Below the pieces are notes generated by a model. That model searched no databases. It was not told the origin of the DNA and saw only the letters and a program-made list of their open reading frames with translations. Below are positions 22,001-30,207 of a stretch of DNA of 64,000 nucleotides, piece after piece. Location: IMG/VR virus record IMGVR_UViG_3300028025_000089; one strand, written 5' to 3'. Position numbers and translations under genes: made by a program. This DNA comes from a virus (taxonomy: Duplodnaviria > Caudoviricetes). Positions within the stretch are counted from its first letter, which is position 1; every line of letters begins with the position of its first letter.

Positions 22001-23125
22001 AGACAAAATCAACAAACATTTAAAAATTTTAATCTTGGACAAGATATAGGTAAACCAACTTCAGAATCATTAGAAGTTTTAAATCAAATGGCAAACGTCC
22101 AAAGAAACAGAAGAACCACAACACAATCGGTTTCATTGTATAATTTATATAAAAATAGAAGTTATAAATGTACTGTTGAAATGATGGGATGTGCCTTGAT
22201 ACAACCTATGATGTATTTTAATTTAAGAAATGTTCCGATGTTTTCAGGACCTTATATGATTACAGGAGTTCAACACAACATATCACCAGGAGAATTTTCA
22301 ACAACTTTTGAAGGAACAAGACAACCTTTTTATAGTTTACCAAAAATTGATAATTTTTTACAATCATTAAATATTAAAATATTATCAACAATAGAAGAAA
22401 AATATCGACAAGTTGAAAAACAAAACAGAGAAAAATCAGAAAATGTAAAATCACAACAGGATAATGTTTTGGCGAACATAAAATCCCAAGAAACTTTAAC
22501 CAAAAATCAAGATTGCCAAGAAAATATTAATGCTAGATATTTCAGATACACACCTGTTGATACCCCAAGACAAACATCTTTAACAACTAAACAATTGTTT
22601 GAGGAAATTAAACAAGAGTTAATATCTCAAGGTTATAGTGAAACAGGTCAAACCACACCAATTATGACATCAATAATCTTCTCGTTTATTTATGTTGACT
22701 CTGGAAATGGAACTGGAATTTCAGGTTATGAAAATAACTATAGCACAATAAACTTACAAGAGATATATGGGGACGCTTTTACAAACTATATAAACAAAAG
22801 TTATTTTTGTGTTTCTCGAGGGACCAAATTCAACTTACCTGTTGCAAGTTTTATATCAACTAAAGACTTTATTAAGTTTGTTATAAGTAAAACTTCACAA
22901 ATGCCTAATTTAATAGTGGCTGATGCAACAACAAATAATTTAGATTTGGCCAACCCACAAGATCAAGCAACCGCTTATGCTAAACAATATGTTCTTAATT
23001 TCCCAATAAACCAACCTGAGAATGTTTATACTACAATGTCCGAACAAGATAAACTTACTTTAAGACAAGAATTTGAACTTGCGTGGAATAAATACCAAGA
23101 AGTCCAAACTTTCACAATTAGTTGA
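16052..23125 (+). CDS. Giant baseplate hub protein (gp27/gpD-like ends), 2357 aa
   Basis: C-terminal C.VEMMG...IQP..YF.L..VP.FSGPYMITGVQHNISPGEFSTTFEG.R is typical of hub proteins; follows LysM. Confidence 0.7.
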   Translation: MVGNQENILVEFDYDNITLIDPNSVVDEQGNVKERTVKQEDLVMYANLECNVLPRTKLAVGSAMNDSQRTISVGKINFLNPGNKQFLDTKWTDELTGKDTLTGKGVNQPKLTAVKNPNLPDDYYLTQNILSNGNPGAVDNGLLGIKHISVSYNTTFVPEINITLEDVKGRALFESGNNSPYAAFFQLPYPQFTLTLKGYYGKAIKLPIMLQNFNSRFEPTTGNFTITLKFLGYKYTLLSYVNFANLMAVPHMYNNVVSQTTVSTEQGTNTNENVLQSPTIVSKGYQKMKEIYSIYKSKGLIADDFPEITLNQLKYRLQVFIKDVLDSYAKENLGALTTMTEYTNNLLDYQKNVFTGNNSWFNKYLDIKNPIVLKSGQNVYGFKKTLNEPQKKQDLATELDGIIKNYNTKLNQNGIYGINGSYTVGNKTIKTQIPVNINLATCQVSGITLNDIDIRKTFAASETAPKGELSPFNTPPSAFTKTDLAFLTFTNNFIKESNPTGESYYFFEGKTSFMSITDQIGKDASKLRTQVEQQITENLAVKFSQKGDKGLGFTPSIRNILAIFYCQGEAFLRLMDEVHKKAWDQRENPFRRAAIFGNASTAPSVDLTTSTQNNEPIYPWPQIIKESTGEDGKEKFETIYPGAQNVAGIYRSYNTEIWPEVEFVEQFIKGFTQRQNDANKRGAEFDESDQQPQRISLNAIDFPVSNDVLQNKEESKYFFEIYERLILNSYYSLFNRQSGYNSAIYEVEADNEGTNILKSLGTDNPYLSKTIKEYLLDGTNYLPFLRHISNEGQGESWQSFIRGEFVTSYIKNDVNNSAVLYNGDIFSSTKSQPSVSLVNAKDLTNLENYITQTSTNNEYVFGDTYPIINLNWDQNNLANGKSLNNANEAFDTKLVLEYNDIHKTITNFDIDDTTTTKRPVTYFNYENLNVTLDTNDLKNFYENRKLTDQLITEGNLEYDNYSNYLTDMQSTSMLNTPYFINAIQKGVFNFRYEQRDQYPYKLAAYLFLNSLPLATLREKYVSKNGNSTTDLNYILSTFKKFGAVHKLPYAWILKYGSIWHRYKIYKETGQDILDEVWTDFNYKENWDPVNSATTLNYNLVIDGTQRDLVLDTTSGTPSFTDINTGFYPQLVDDFSVFIQGLKIFSGQTQVSGTCVSQQITGTCNTYEVTGTCSTTGTGITINSISKNYITTPHTIFVPQLNATIQLVSQVSGISGGTGYYTTPLNFNAAFSNLNFVLGSFADITNTTQYPNQVGQILSGSSSVSAITIQSVYSASTGTTSIYEVSKISAETFNYTVLNPPLQIVAISSNVISGGTILNGPNLNGNIKIASQISGTTGGIGLYNITNIQPPTSSPFVVQGAFVQGIGSQQIQNLINNGKLVLMNTTNSTIFETSGFDPNNSQRSMRVSPWSVVLRQITDANTYFVVPSFGANLNQAKFEAFKNGNMKVELSNNPAMFNGSVRLFWNLPQYGWFDNTKVVKNNPETYLKKIINDQKDQQNFLITGKNTDYTDFEELFTTFDTKILDYFESEFLNYSRSVYDYVDTLPENKTYELETTTNESNPDGTISLESDKGFKNFHYFMRELLKVTVPVGSSPETKLSSIIESQNQTFQKLLSSFMNYDVAFKYGNPSNFDRRLFLTFSTRFIQDPIIYSPYNFGNLPPQVTLQQSKQQNPKTWEALEYYVGKSSIPQLEYKNSGSYITDFFIDMNVQFNEKNVKDFAPIIKIYASEKLKDNNLNLTKFYSLMDDYFIQSDNYINNVINTMLPYVRKQLPNVIINADESDTRAPLEAGYTEQTRTELWDTFKSLNDTWIAGFDFQNKTLFEDVMLVDRASRDLGDKILVDIFEVQDLVENGNYKATLLDMITTILVQNNFQHFMLPAFVNFYNVQDVQKNPTPRTEGTLDFANTLFGTYLNVDYRESSPKFLCYYTSVPSQHLQMKENVDYKYRDDAFDLRRASDNPLTENQANKTDWDKSNKVVGFNVDFGRQNQQTFKNFNLGQDIGKPTSESLEVLNQMANVQRNRRTTTQSVSLYNLYKNRSYKCTVEMMGCALIQPMMYFNLRNVPMFSGPYMITGVQHNISPGEFSTTFEGTRQPFYSLPKIDNFLQSLNIKILSTIEEKYRQVEKQNREKSENVKSQQDNVLANIKSQETLTKNQDCQENINARYFRYTPVDTPRQTSLTTKQLFEEIKQELISQGYSETGQTTPIMTSIIFSFIYVDSGNGTGISGYENNYSTINLQEIYGDAFTNYINKSYFCVSRGTKFNLPVASFISTKDFIKFVISKTSQMPNLIVADATTNNLDLANPQDQATAYAKQYVLNFPINQPENVYTTMSEQDKLTLRQEFELAWNKYQEVQTFTIS

Positions 23126-23132
23126 TATTTAT
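23126..23132 (+). promoter_or_regulatory. TATTTAT motif (within the palindrome TATTTATAAATA)
   Basis: 14 nt upstream of the ATG at 23147; the palindrome also contains T4-type TATAAATA at 23130-23137. Confidence 0.55.
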
Positions 23133-23146
23133 AAATAAAATAAAAT

Positions 23147-23371
23147 ATGAACACAAAAATATTATTAGATAACTACTTGGGTAAAAACACAAGAGTTTCA
23201 GAGAAAGATAATGGTGACGGAACTAAACAAGTTTGTGATTTAGACACCGGTGACTGCTACACGTTAAGAATGAAAGATGGTCTTATTGAAAGAGTAGACA
23301 ATACCATGAAACAATTTAGAAAAATACAAGTTGAAACCAAAAGTGGTATAAAAACATTATTAAACGGATAA
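23147..23371 (+). CDS. Hypothetical protein (74 aa)
   Basis: ORF with an upstream late-type motif and A-rich leader; tightly packed with the next gene. Confidence 0.7.
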   Translation: MNTKILLDNYLGKNTRVSEKDNGDGTKQVCDLDTGDCYTLRMKDGLIERVDNTMKQFRKIQVETKSGIKTLLNG

Positions 23372-23372
23372 G

Positions 23373-24053
23373 ATGAAAATAGACGAAAAAATATTAAATG
23401 AAATTGAAAGATATAGAAGTATCAACAACTATATAATGGAACAAGACGCACCACCACCGCCAGCTGATCCTGCGGCAGGAGGAGAAGTTCCACCACCACC
23501 TGCAGATCCTGCGGCAGAAGGAGGCGCACCGGCACCTGAAGCAGGTGCAGCACCAGCTCCACCAGCAGCACCTGAAGGAGAACCGATTGATGTTGCGGCA
23601 GATCCTGATGTTGAAGAAGTTGGAAAAGAAGGTGAAGGAGAAACTGAAGAGTTGGACATTACAGATTTAGTTGACTCTCAAAAAACTATGGCGGACAAAC
23701 AAGAAGAATACTTTAACAACTTGTTTGGTCAAATCCAAAAAATGGAAGAAAAATTGGCCGAAATGGATAATTTAGTTTCTAAAATCGATTCTTTAGATGC
23801 TAAAGTAGAAAAATATAGACCAAGAACGGCACAAGAAAAATTACAATTACGATCTTTAGATTCAGGACCATTCAAACAAAACTTGGCAGACTTCTTTAAA
23901 GACAAAGAAGAAGAAATGGAAAAAACAGGTAAAAACGAATATGTCCTAACACAAGACGAAGTTGAAAACTTTAGTCCTTCTGACATTGAACAATCATTTA
24001 ATGAACCAATGGAAGATGAAGACGATATTTTATTAAACAGATTTAATTCATAA
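23373..24053 (+). CDS. Acidic Pro/Ala-rich coiled-coil protein (possible head-internal/scaffold-type)
   Basis: PPPPADPAAGGEV / PPPPADPAAEGGA repeats, an acidic stretch, then a heptad-rich segment; function not established. Confidence 0.6.
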   Translation: MKIDEKILNEIERYRSINNYIMEQDAPPPPADPAAGGEVPPPPADPAAEGGAPAPEAGAAPAPPAAPEGEPIDVAADPDVEEVGKEGEGETEELDITDLVDSQKTMADKQEEYFNNLFGQIQKMEEKLAEMDNLVSKIDSLDAKVEKYRPRTAQEKLQLRSLDSGPFKQNLADFFKDKEEEMEKTGKNEYVLTQDEVENFSPSDIEQSFNEPMEDEDDILLNRFNS

Positions 24054-24057
24054 TTAT

Positions 24058-24089
24058 AAGGTCACAGAAATGTGACCTTTATTTTTTTT
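24058..24089 (+). terminator. Rho-independent terminator closing the tail module
   Basis: AAGGTCACA-GAAA-TGTGACCTT plus a T-rich tail. Confidence 0.85.
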
Positions 24090-24100
24090 GGCGACACTAT

Positions 24101-24129
24101 TTGACTATAACTTTTTATACACTTATAAT
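24101..24129 (+). promoter_or_regulatory. sigma70-type promoter TTGACT-N17-TATAAT upstream of the SSB gene
   Basis: -35 at 24101-24106, 17-nt spacer, -10 at 24124-24129. Confidence 0.8.
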
Positions 24130-24159
24130 TTACACATAAACCTTTAATTTTTTTTACAC

Positions 24160-25026
24160 ATGGCGGCAAACGTTTTAGATGCAGTATTAGCACAGTATGA
24201 ACAATCAACACAGAACAGCACATCGGGCGGTTCTAAAATGTCATCAGAAGATCGAATGAAAAAATATTTCGCAGCTCTTTTGAAGGACAATGAAAAACAA
24301 GGACAGAGACGAGTTCGTATTCTTCCTACAACAGACGGATCTTCACCGTTCAAAGAAGTATGGTTCCACGAAATTCCCGTGGACGGTAAATACCAAAAAT
24401 TTTACGATCCAGGAAAAAATGACAATGAACGTTCACCTTTGAATGAGGTATATGAAGAGTTAATGTCAACAGGACGTGATGCAGATAAAGAATTGGCAAA
24501 ACAATATAAAGCTCGTAAGTTTTATATCGTAAAAGTAATCGATCGTGATAACGAACAAGACGGAGTTAAATTTTGGCGATTTAAACACAACTACAAACAA
24601 GAAGGAATCCTTGATAAAATCATTCCAATTTGGAAAGCAAAAGGTGATGTAACAGATCCTGATAAAGGACGAGATTTAATCCTTGAACTTACAAAGGCAA
24701 AAACACCTAAAGGAGCTTTCTACACAGTAATTCAAACTGTTATGTATGACGATCCATCACCTATCTCAGATGACACAGATCAAATGGCAGATTGGGTTGG
24801 AGATGCATTGACATGGGAAGATGTTTATTCTAAAAAACCTTTAGAATATTTAGAAGCAATCGCTCGAGGTGAAACACCACGTTGGGATTCTGAAAAAGGT
24901 GGATATGTTTATTCTAACAATGAAACATCTGAAGTTTCTATGGGTGGAAAACCAACACCAAAATCTATCAATGAAGTTGCTGACCCACAGGTTAACGAGG
25001 AAGTTGATGAAGAATTACCATTCTAA
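24160..25026 (+). CDS. Single-stranded DNA-binding protein (gp32-like)
   Basis: RVRILP...PF.E.WFH, YIVKVIDR, G.D..L, acidic C-terminal tail ending EELPF. Confidence 0.8.
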   Translation: MAANVLDAVLAQYEQSTQNSTSGGSKMSSEDRMKKYFAALLKDNEKQGQRRVRILPTTDGSSPFKEVWFHEIPVDGKYQKFYDPGKNDNERSPLNEVYEELMSTGRDADKELAKQYKARKFYIVKVIDRDNEQDGVKFWRFKHNYKQEGILDKIIPIWKAKGDVTDPDKGRDLILELTKAKTPKGAFYTVIQTVMYDDPSPISDDTDQMADWVGDALTWEDVYSKKPLEYLEAIARGETPRWDSEKGGYVYSNNETSEVSMGGKPTPKSINEVADPQVNEEVDEELPF

Positions 25027-25045
25027 TTTATTGATTAAAAAATGT

Positions 25046-25076
25046 AACGGGAGCAGTTTATTGTTCCCGTTTTTTT
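25046..25076 (+). terminator. Rho-independent terminator after SSB
   Basis: AACGGGAGCA...TGTTCCCGTT plus a T-run. Confidence 0.8.
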
Positions 25077-25100
25077 GTCTATATTTTTAAAAAAGAAATT

Positions 25101-25322
25101 ATGAAACCTTTTATCGCAGAAAAATTAAAAGAAGCCCTTATAAAAAAATATGAGGCAGAAATCGCAGATGCTGAAGCAAGACTTTATGTTTATTTCACAA
25201 GTTCAGTTGGTATTGGAGAACACCCACAACACACCGAAGAAATGGATAATTTAGTTGAGCAACTAACAAATGCAAACGACAAATTAGAAACAATTAAAAA
25301 CTTTAAAATTTACGAATTATAA
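25101..25322 (+). CDS. Hypothetical protein with a VGIGEHP motif
   Basis: 73-aa helical ORF, TAATG-coupled to the recombinase gene. Confidence 0.7.
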   Translation: MKPFIAEKLKEALIKKYEAEIADAEARLYVYFTSSVGIGEHPQHTEEMDNLVEQLTNANDKLETIKNFKIYEL

Positions 25323-26329
25323 TGGCACTAAAAAAGAATGATTTTAGTTCGTTGAAGAAAAAGTTTTCTTCAGACGCAAAATATAAACCACAAAGATTTT
25401 TTGATCTTGGTCCTGATTTCTTGGATGCGGTTGGTTTACCTGGCCCTGCAATGGGACACCTTAATATGTATTTGGGTCACTCAGATACAGGAAAAACAAC
25501 AGCATTAGTTAAAACAGCGGTTGACGCACAAAAGAAAGGTATTTTACCTGTGTTTATTATTACAGAACAAAAATGGTCTTTTGAACATGCTAAACTTATG
25601 GGATTTGAATGTGAAGAAGTTGTTGATGAAGAAACGGGTGAATTAACTTGGGACGGATTCTTTTTGTTTAACAATAACTTTAGTTATATTGAACAAATTA
25701 CAGATTACATCAATGATCTATTGGATGCACAAGAAAAAGGTGAATTAGATTATTCCCTTTGTATTATGTGGGATTCAGTTGGGTCAGTTCCTTGTAAAAT
25801 GACCTATGAAGGTAAAGGTGGAAAACAACACAACGCTTCCACTTTGGCGGACAAAATTGGTATGGGTATTAACCAACGTATTTCAGGATCACGTAAATCA
25901 GATTCGAAACATGAAAATACCTTAATCATTGTTAATCAACCTTGGGTAGAATTACCTGACAATCCATTTGGACAACCGAAGATTAAAGCAAAAGGTGGTG
26001 AAGCAATTTGGTTAAACTCTTCTTTGGTATTCTTATTTGGTAATCAAAAAGGTGCAGGAACAACAAAGATCACGGCAACAAAAGATAAGAGAACTGTGAA
26101 GTTCGCGTCAAGAACAAAAGTGTCGGTTATGAAAAACCACATCAATGGACTTGGGTTTGAAGACGGAAGAATTATTGTAACTCCGCACGGATTTTTACCG
26201 GGTAAAGATACAACAGAGGAAAAGGCATCAATAGAAAAGTATAAGAAAGAATATGCTGACTATTGGAAAGATATAATCGGAGTTGATGGTGACTTTGATT
26301 TGAAAACAGAAAAAGAAGAAGTAGAGTAA
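25322..26329 (+). CDS. uvsX: RecA/UvsX-like recombinase
   Basis: Walker A GHSDTGKT, Walker B WDSVG, IVNQ, GGEAI; follows SSB. Confidence 0.88.
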   Translation: MALKKNDFSSLKKKFSSDAKYKPQRFFDLGPDFLDAVGLPGPAMGHLNMYLGHSDTGKTTALVKTAVDAQKKGILPVFIITEQKWSFEHAKLMGFECEEVVDEETGELTWDGFFLFNNNFSYIEQITDYINDLLDAQEKGELDYSLCIMWDSVGSVPCKMTYEGKGGKQHNASTLADKIGMGINQRISGSRKSDSKHENTLIIVNQPWVELPDNPFGQPKIKAKGGEAIWLNSSLVFLFGNQKGAGTTKITATKDKRTVKFASRTKVSVMKNHINGLGFEDGRIIVTPHGFLPGKDTTEEKASIEKYKKEYADYWKDIIGVDGDFDLKTEKEEVE

Positions 26330-26351
26330 GAATCATTTAAGATATTAGAGA

Positions 26352-27359
26352 GTGTCTAAAACATTATTAGTAGACGGAAATAATTTATTGAAAATTGGAT
26401 TTCATGGTGTTAGAGATTTCTACCATAATGGAAAACACGTTGGCGGTGTTTGGCACTTTCTAAATACTCTTCGAAAATTTTTAGAAGAACATAATTACAA
26501 TAAAGTTGTTGTGTTTTGGGATTCTAAAACCTCATCTTCACAAAGAAGATTGATATATCCAAAGTATAAGTTAAATCGTAAATCATCAGAAACCGAATCA
26601 AAAGAGGAGTCTTTCGCAGAACAAAAACAAAGGGTCAAACAATACCTTGAGGAGATGTTTGTAAGACAACTGGAAACAGAACATGCAGAAGCTGATGACT
26701 TAATCGCTCATTATTGTAAAGTGTCGTTAGATGAAGAGAAAACGATCTTTTCAAGTGATAGAGATTTAACTCAACTTATATCTGAAAAAGTATCAATTTA
26801 TTCACCATCCACAAAACAATATTATGGTATTAATAACAAAATAAAACTTCACGATATTGAAGTTCCATACTATAATGTTAAAACAATCAAAATTCTCACA
26901 GGGGATAGTTCCGACAATATTGATGGAATATTTTATTTGGGAGAAAAAACATTAATCAAATTGTTTCCTGAACTACTTGAAGATAGAGTTGAATTATCCT
27001 ATATTTTACAAAAAGGAGAACAACTCTTAAAAGAAGAAAAGGGAAATGTTGCTCTTCAGAACCTATTAAGTGGTAAAACAAAAGAGGGTATATTCGGAGA
27101 TGAATTTTTTGAAATAAACAAAAAATTAGTTGACTTAGAAAACCCCCTTTTAAATGAGGAGGAAAAAGAATTGGTTGGACTATATTACTCTGAGTCGTTG
27201 GATCCCGATGGAAGAGGGTATAGAAATCTAATTCGAATGATGATGGAGGACGGGTTTTTTAAATACTTACCAAAGGGTGACGACGCTTGGGTGAGTTTTT
27301 TAAAACCATTTTTAAAACTAACAAGAAAAGAAAAAAACAAGTTTAGAAACAAAAAGTAA
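26352..27359 (+). CDS. 5'-3' exonuclease / flap endonuclease (Pol I N-terminal or T4 RNase H-like)
   Basis: LLVDGNNL, VFWD, YPKYK.NR, EADD, SSDRDL.QL, GD.SDNI.GI...GEKT. Confidence 0.93.
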   Translation: MSKTLLVDGNNLLKIGFHGVRDFYHNGKHVGGVWHFLNTLRKFLEEHNYNKVVVFWDSKTSSSQRRLIYPKYKLNRKSSETESKEESFAEQKQRVKQYLEEMFVRQLETEHAEADDLIAHYCKVSLDEEKTIFSSDRDLTQLISEKVSIYSPSTKQYYGINNKIKLHDIEVPYYNVKTIKILTGDSSDNIDGIFYLGEKTLIKLFPELLEDRVELSYILQKGEQLLKEEKGNVALQNLLSGKTKEGIFGDEFFEINKKLVDLENPLLNEEEKELVGLYYSESLDPDGRGYRNLIRMMMEDGFFKYLPKGDDAWVSFLKPFLKLTRKEKNKFRNKK

Positions 27360-27377
27360 AAACCAAAAAAACAAAAC

Positions 27378-27827
27378 ATGAAAGAGCAAGATATAACAAA
27401 AGTAGAATTTTTGTTAATGTGTAATGAAAACATCGTAGTTCAAAGATTTTTCAACGTAAGAGGGTTTAATAAAAACGCTCACAAGTCAATCGAATTTTAT
27501 AACCACATGAGAGGATTAACAAATGAGTTAATGTATGGTTTGAAAATGAGATCGGTGTCTTATATGTTGGAAAATCAATATGAAATTTCTGAAAATCCTG
27601 AGATCCTAAATACCTCAATTACGGAAGGTCCAGAGTTTTTCAATCTAATTATTAAGGTTGGAGATATGACAATTTGTCATAGACAATTCGACGCGAAACC
27701 ATACCCACCAAAGGTCAGATACACCGTAGACCTACGCCCAAAGTTAAAATCAATCATGACTGGGTTGACTGACATTTTTTCAGGTAAAAATTTTAATTTT
27801 GAATATCCGAGTTTTATTAAAAACTAA
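27378..27827 (+). CDS. Hypothetical protein (149 aa)
   Basis: Clean ORF between the exonuclease and helicase; no recognisable motif. Confidence 0.7.
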   Translation: MKEQDITKVEFLLMCNENIVVQRFFNVRGFNKNAHKSIEFYNHMRGLTNELMYGLKMRSVSYMLENQYEISENPEILNTSITEGPEFFNLIIKVGDMTICHRQFDAKPYPPKVRYTVDLRPKLKSIMTGLTDIFSGKNFNFEYPSFIKN

Positions 27828-27830
27828 CAG

Positions 27831-27837
27831 TATTTAT
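27831..27837 (+). promoter_or_regulatory. TATTTAT motif upstream of the helicase gene
   Basis: 22 nt upstream of the ATG at 27860. Confidence 0.45.
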
Positions 27838-27859
27838 CATTACTAACAAAAGAAACAAT

Positions 27860-29245
27860 ATGGCGACAGGTAAAAATTTTGAATATTTGGGGAACACTTT
27901 TCAACTACAATTATTAAATCAAATTGTAGTTGATAAAGACTTTTCACACTCGATTATCGATGTGATTGAAAACAATTATTTTGAAAACAAATATTTTAAA
28001 ATTATTATTCAAATGATTCGTGAGTATTATGTAAAATACGATCACACACCTTCCTTTGAGACATTAGAACAAATCACAAAATCTGAATTACAACAAGCAT
28101 TGGCGTCTAAAATTGTATTAGATACAATTAAGAAAATTAAAGAAGCACCTATTGATGGCGTAGCTTTCGTGCAAGAAAAGGCCTTGAAATTCTGTAAACA
28201 ACAAGAACTTCAAAAGGTAATGGGTAAAGCACAAAAGATCATTGACGGTGGGGAGTTTGAGAACTACGATACCCTTGAAGAGATGGTGAAGACAGCCCTT
28301 CAGGTTGGAGCGAAGGACACATCTATGTTAGACGTATTTTCAAACCTTGATCAAGTTCTCGAAGAGGATTATAGACACCCAATTCCAATGGGAATCCCTG
28401 GTATTGACAGATTGTTGAAAGGTGGTTTGGCAAAAGGGGAAATTGGTGTTATCTTAGCACCCACAGGTGTTGGTAAGTCAACGGTTCTAACCAAGATTTC
28501 GAATCACGCATTTAACTTAGGATTTAATGTATTACAGATCTTTTTTGAAGACAACCCAAAGGTTATTCAGCGTAAACACTTCACCTTATGGACTAAGGTT
28601 CATCCTGACGATTTGTCAGAGAAAAAAGATGAGGTTATGAAAAAAGTTATTGAAATTGAGGAGTCAATGCCTAACAAGTTAATTTTGAAAAAACTTCCGT
28701 CAGATACTATGACGATGTTACAAATCAAAAACCAAATTAGAAAAATGGTTTCTGATGGAATTAAAGTCGATATGATTGTTTTAGATTATATTGATTGTAT
28801 TGTTCCAGAAAAAAACTTGGGTGATGAGTGGAAGAGTGAAGGGTCTGTAATGAGAGCATTTGAGGCGATGTGTCACGAAATGAATATTGTAGGTTGGACG
28901 GCAACTCAAGGTAATAGATCTTCAATATCTTCCGAAGTGGTTACTACGGATCAAATGGGGGGATCAATTAAAAAGGCTCAAGTGGGTCACGTAATTATAT
29001 CGGTTGCCAAAACTCTACAACAAAAAGAGTTAAAGTTGGCAACTATAGCCATAACAAAATCAAGAATTGGTGATGATGGTGTTGTGTTTGAGAACTGTAA
29101 GTTTGATAATGCAATGATCGACATTGACACTGAAAGTTCTATGACCTTCTTAGGACTTGAAGAACAAAAAGAAGAAAGACAAAGACAACGTGTCAAAGAA
29201 CTTTTAGAAAAAAGAAAACAAAGAGAAACACAAACAAATAATTAA
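27860..29245 (+). CDS. dnaB: Replicative helicase (DnaB/gp41-like)
   Basis: GGLAKGE...APTGVGKS Walker A, LDYIDC Walker B, ATQGNR, K.R.G. Confidence 0.93.
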   Translation: MATGKNFEYLGNTFQLQLLNQIVVDKDFSHSIIDVIENNYFENKYFKIIIQMIREYYVKYDHTPSFETLEQITKSELQQALASKIVLDTIKKIKEAPIDGVAFVQEKALKFCKQQELQKVMGKAQKIIDGGEFENYDTLEEMVKTALQVGAKDTSMLDVFSNLDQVLEEDYRHPIPMGIPGIDRLLKGGLAKGEIGVILAPTGVGKSTVLTKISNHAFNLGFNVLQIFFEDNPKVIQRKHFTLWTKVHPDDLSEKKDEVMKKVIEIEESMPNKLILKKLPSDTMTMLQIKNQIRKMVSDGIKVDMIVLDYIDCIVPEKNLGDEWKSEGSVMRAFEAMCHEMNIVGWTATQGNRSSISSEVVTTDQMGGSIKKAQVGHVIISVAKTLQQKELKLATIAITKSRIGDDGVVFENCKFDNAMIDIDTESSMTFLGLEEQKEERQRQRVKELLEKRKQRETQTNN

Positions 29246-29249
29246 AAAC

Positions 29250-30197
29250 ATGGAAAAAATATTAGTTGAAAACCCAAACAGGTTTGTTATTTTCCCTATC
29301 GAACACAATGATATATGGGAATACTACAAACAACATCAAGCGGCCTTTTGGACGGCCGAAGAAGTTGATCTAACTAACGATATTAGAGATTGGGAAAAAC
29401 TTACAGAAAAAGAACAATATTTTATCAAAAATATTCTATCATTTTTCGCAGCATCTGATGGTATCGTAAATGAAAACTTGGCAGAAAACTTCTATCGTGA
29501 AGTACAATATCCTGAAGCGAAATTCTTCTACGGATTTCAGTTGGCAATGGAAAACATTCACTCACTTATGTATTCATTATTAATCGACACATATATCAAT
29601 AATCCGAGTGAGAAAGATGAATGTTTTAATGCGATTGATAGATTACCTGCGGTTCAGAAGAAAGCTAAGTGGGCTTTAGAGTGGATTGAAAAAGCGTCAT
29701 TTGCAGAAAGATTAGTTGCGTTTGCTGCCGTTGAAGGTATTTTCTTTTCAGGTTCATTCTGTTCTATTTTTTGGTTGAAATCACGAGGAATTATGCAAGG
29801 GTTATGTAATGCAAACTCACTTATATTCAAAGATGAAAACTTACACTGTGATTTTGCAATCCATTTGTTAAACAATCATTTAGAAGAAAAACCTTCTGAA
29901 AAAAGAATTAAAGAAATTTTACTTTCGGCATTAGAAATTGAAAAAGAATTTATTACTGAATCACTTCCAGTGTCACTAATCGGTATGAACTCCAACCTGA
30001 TGAAACAATACTTAGAGTTTGTTGTTGATGGTTTATTAGTGAAAATGGGTTGTAGTAAAGAATTCAACGTGGAGCAACCATTCAAATTCATGGAACAAAT
30101 TGCAATCGAAACAAAAGGTAATTTCTTTGAATCAAGAACTATGGAATACCAAAAAGCCAAGTTAAATGAATCAATAAGTTTTACAGACGATTTTTAA
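29250..30197 (+). CDS. nrdB: Ribonucleotide reductase class Ia beta subunit
   Basis: [45 protein letters not shown]. Confidence 0.96.
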   Translation: MEKILVENPNRFVIFPIEHNDIWEYYKQHQAAFWTAEEVDLTNDIRDWEKLTEKEQYFIKNILSFFAASDGIVNENLAENFYREVQYPEAKFFYGFQLAMENIHSLMYSLLIDTYINNPSEKDECFNAIDRLPAVQKKAKWALEWIEKASFAERLVAFAAVEGIFFSGSFCSIFWLKSRGIMQGLCNANSLIFKDENLHCDFAIHLLNNHLEEKPSEKRIKEILLSALEIEKEFITESLPVSLIGMNSNLMKQYLEFVVDGLLVKMGCSKEFNVEQPFKFMEQIAIETKGNFFESRTMEYQKAKLNESISFTDDF

Positions 30198-30207
30198 ATT
30201 TTATATT

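Noticed and set aside
23440-23600. Local GC rise as a sign of horizontal transfer
   Set aside because: Explained by Pro/Ala/Gly codons within one ORF.
23429-23986. Minus-strand ORFs 23429..23659 and 23729..23986, and similar short overlapping ORFs across the track
   Set aside because: Antisense or alternate-frame shadows of well-supported genes, with no start context.
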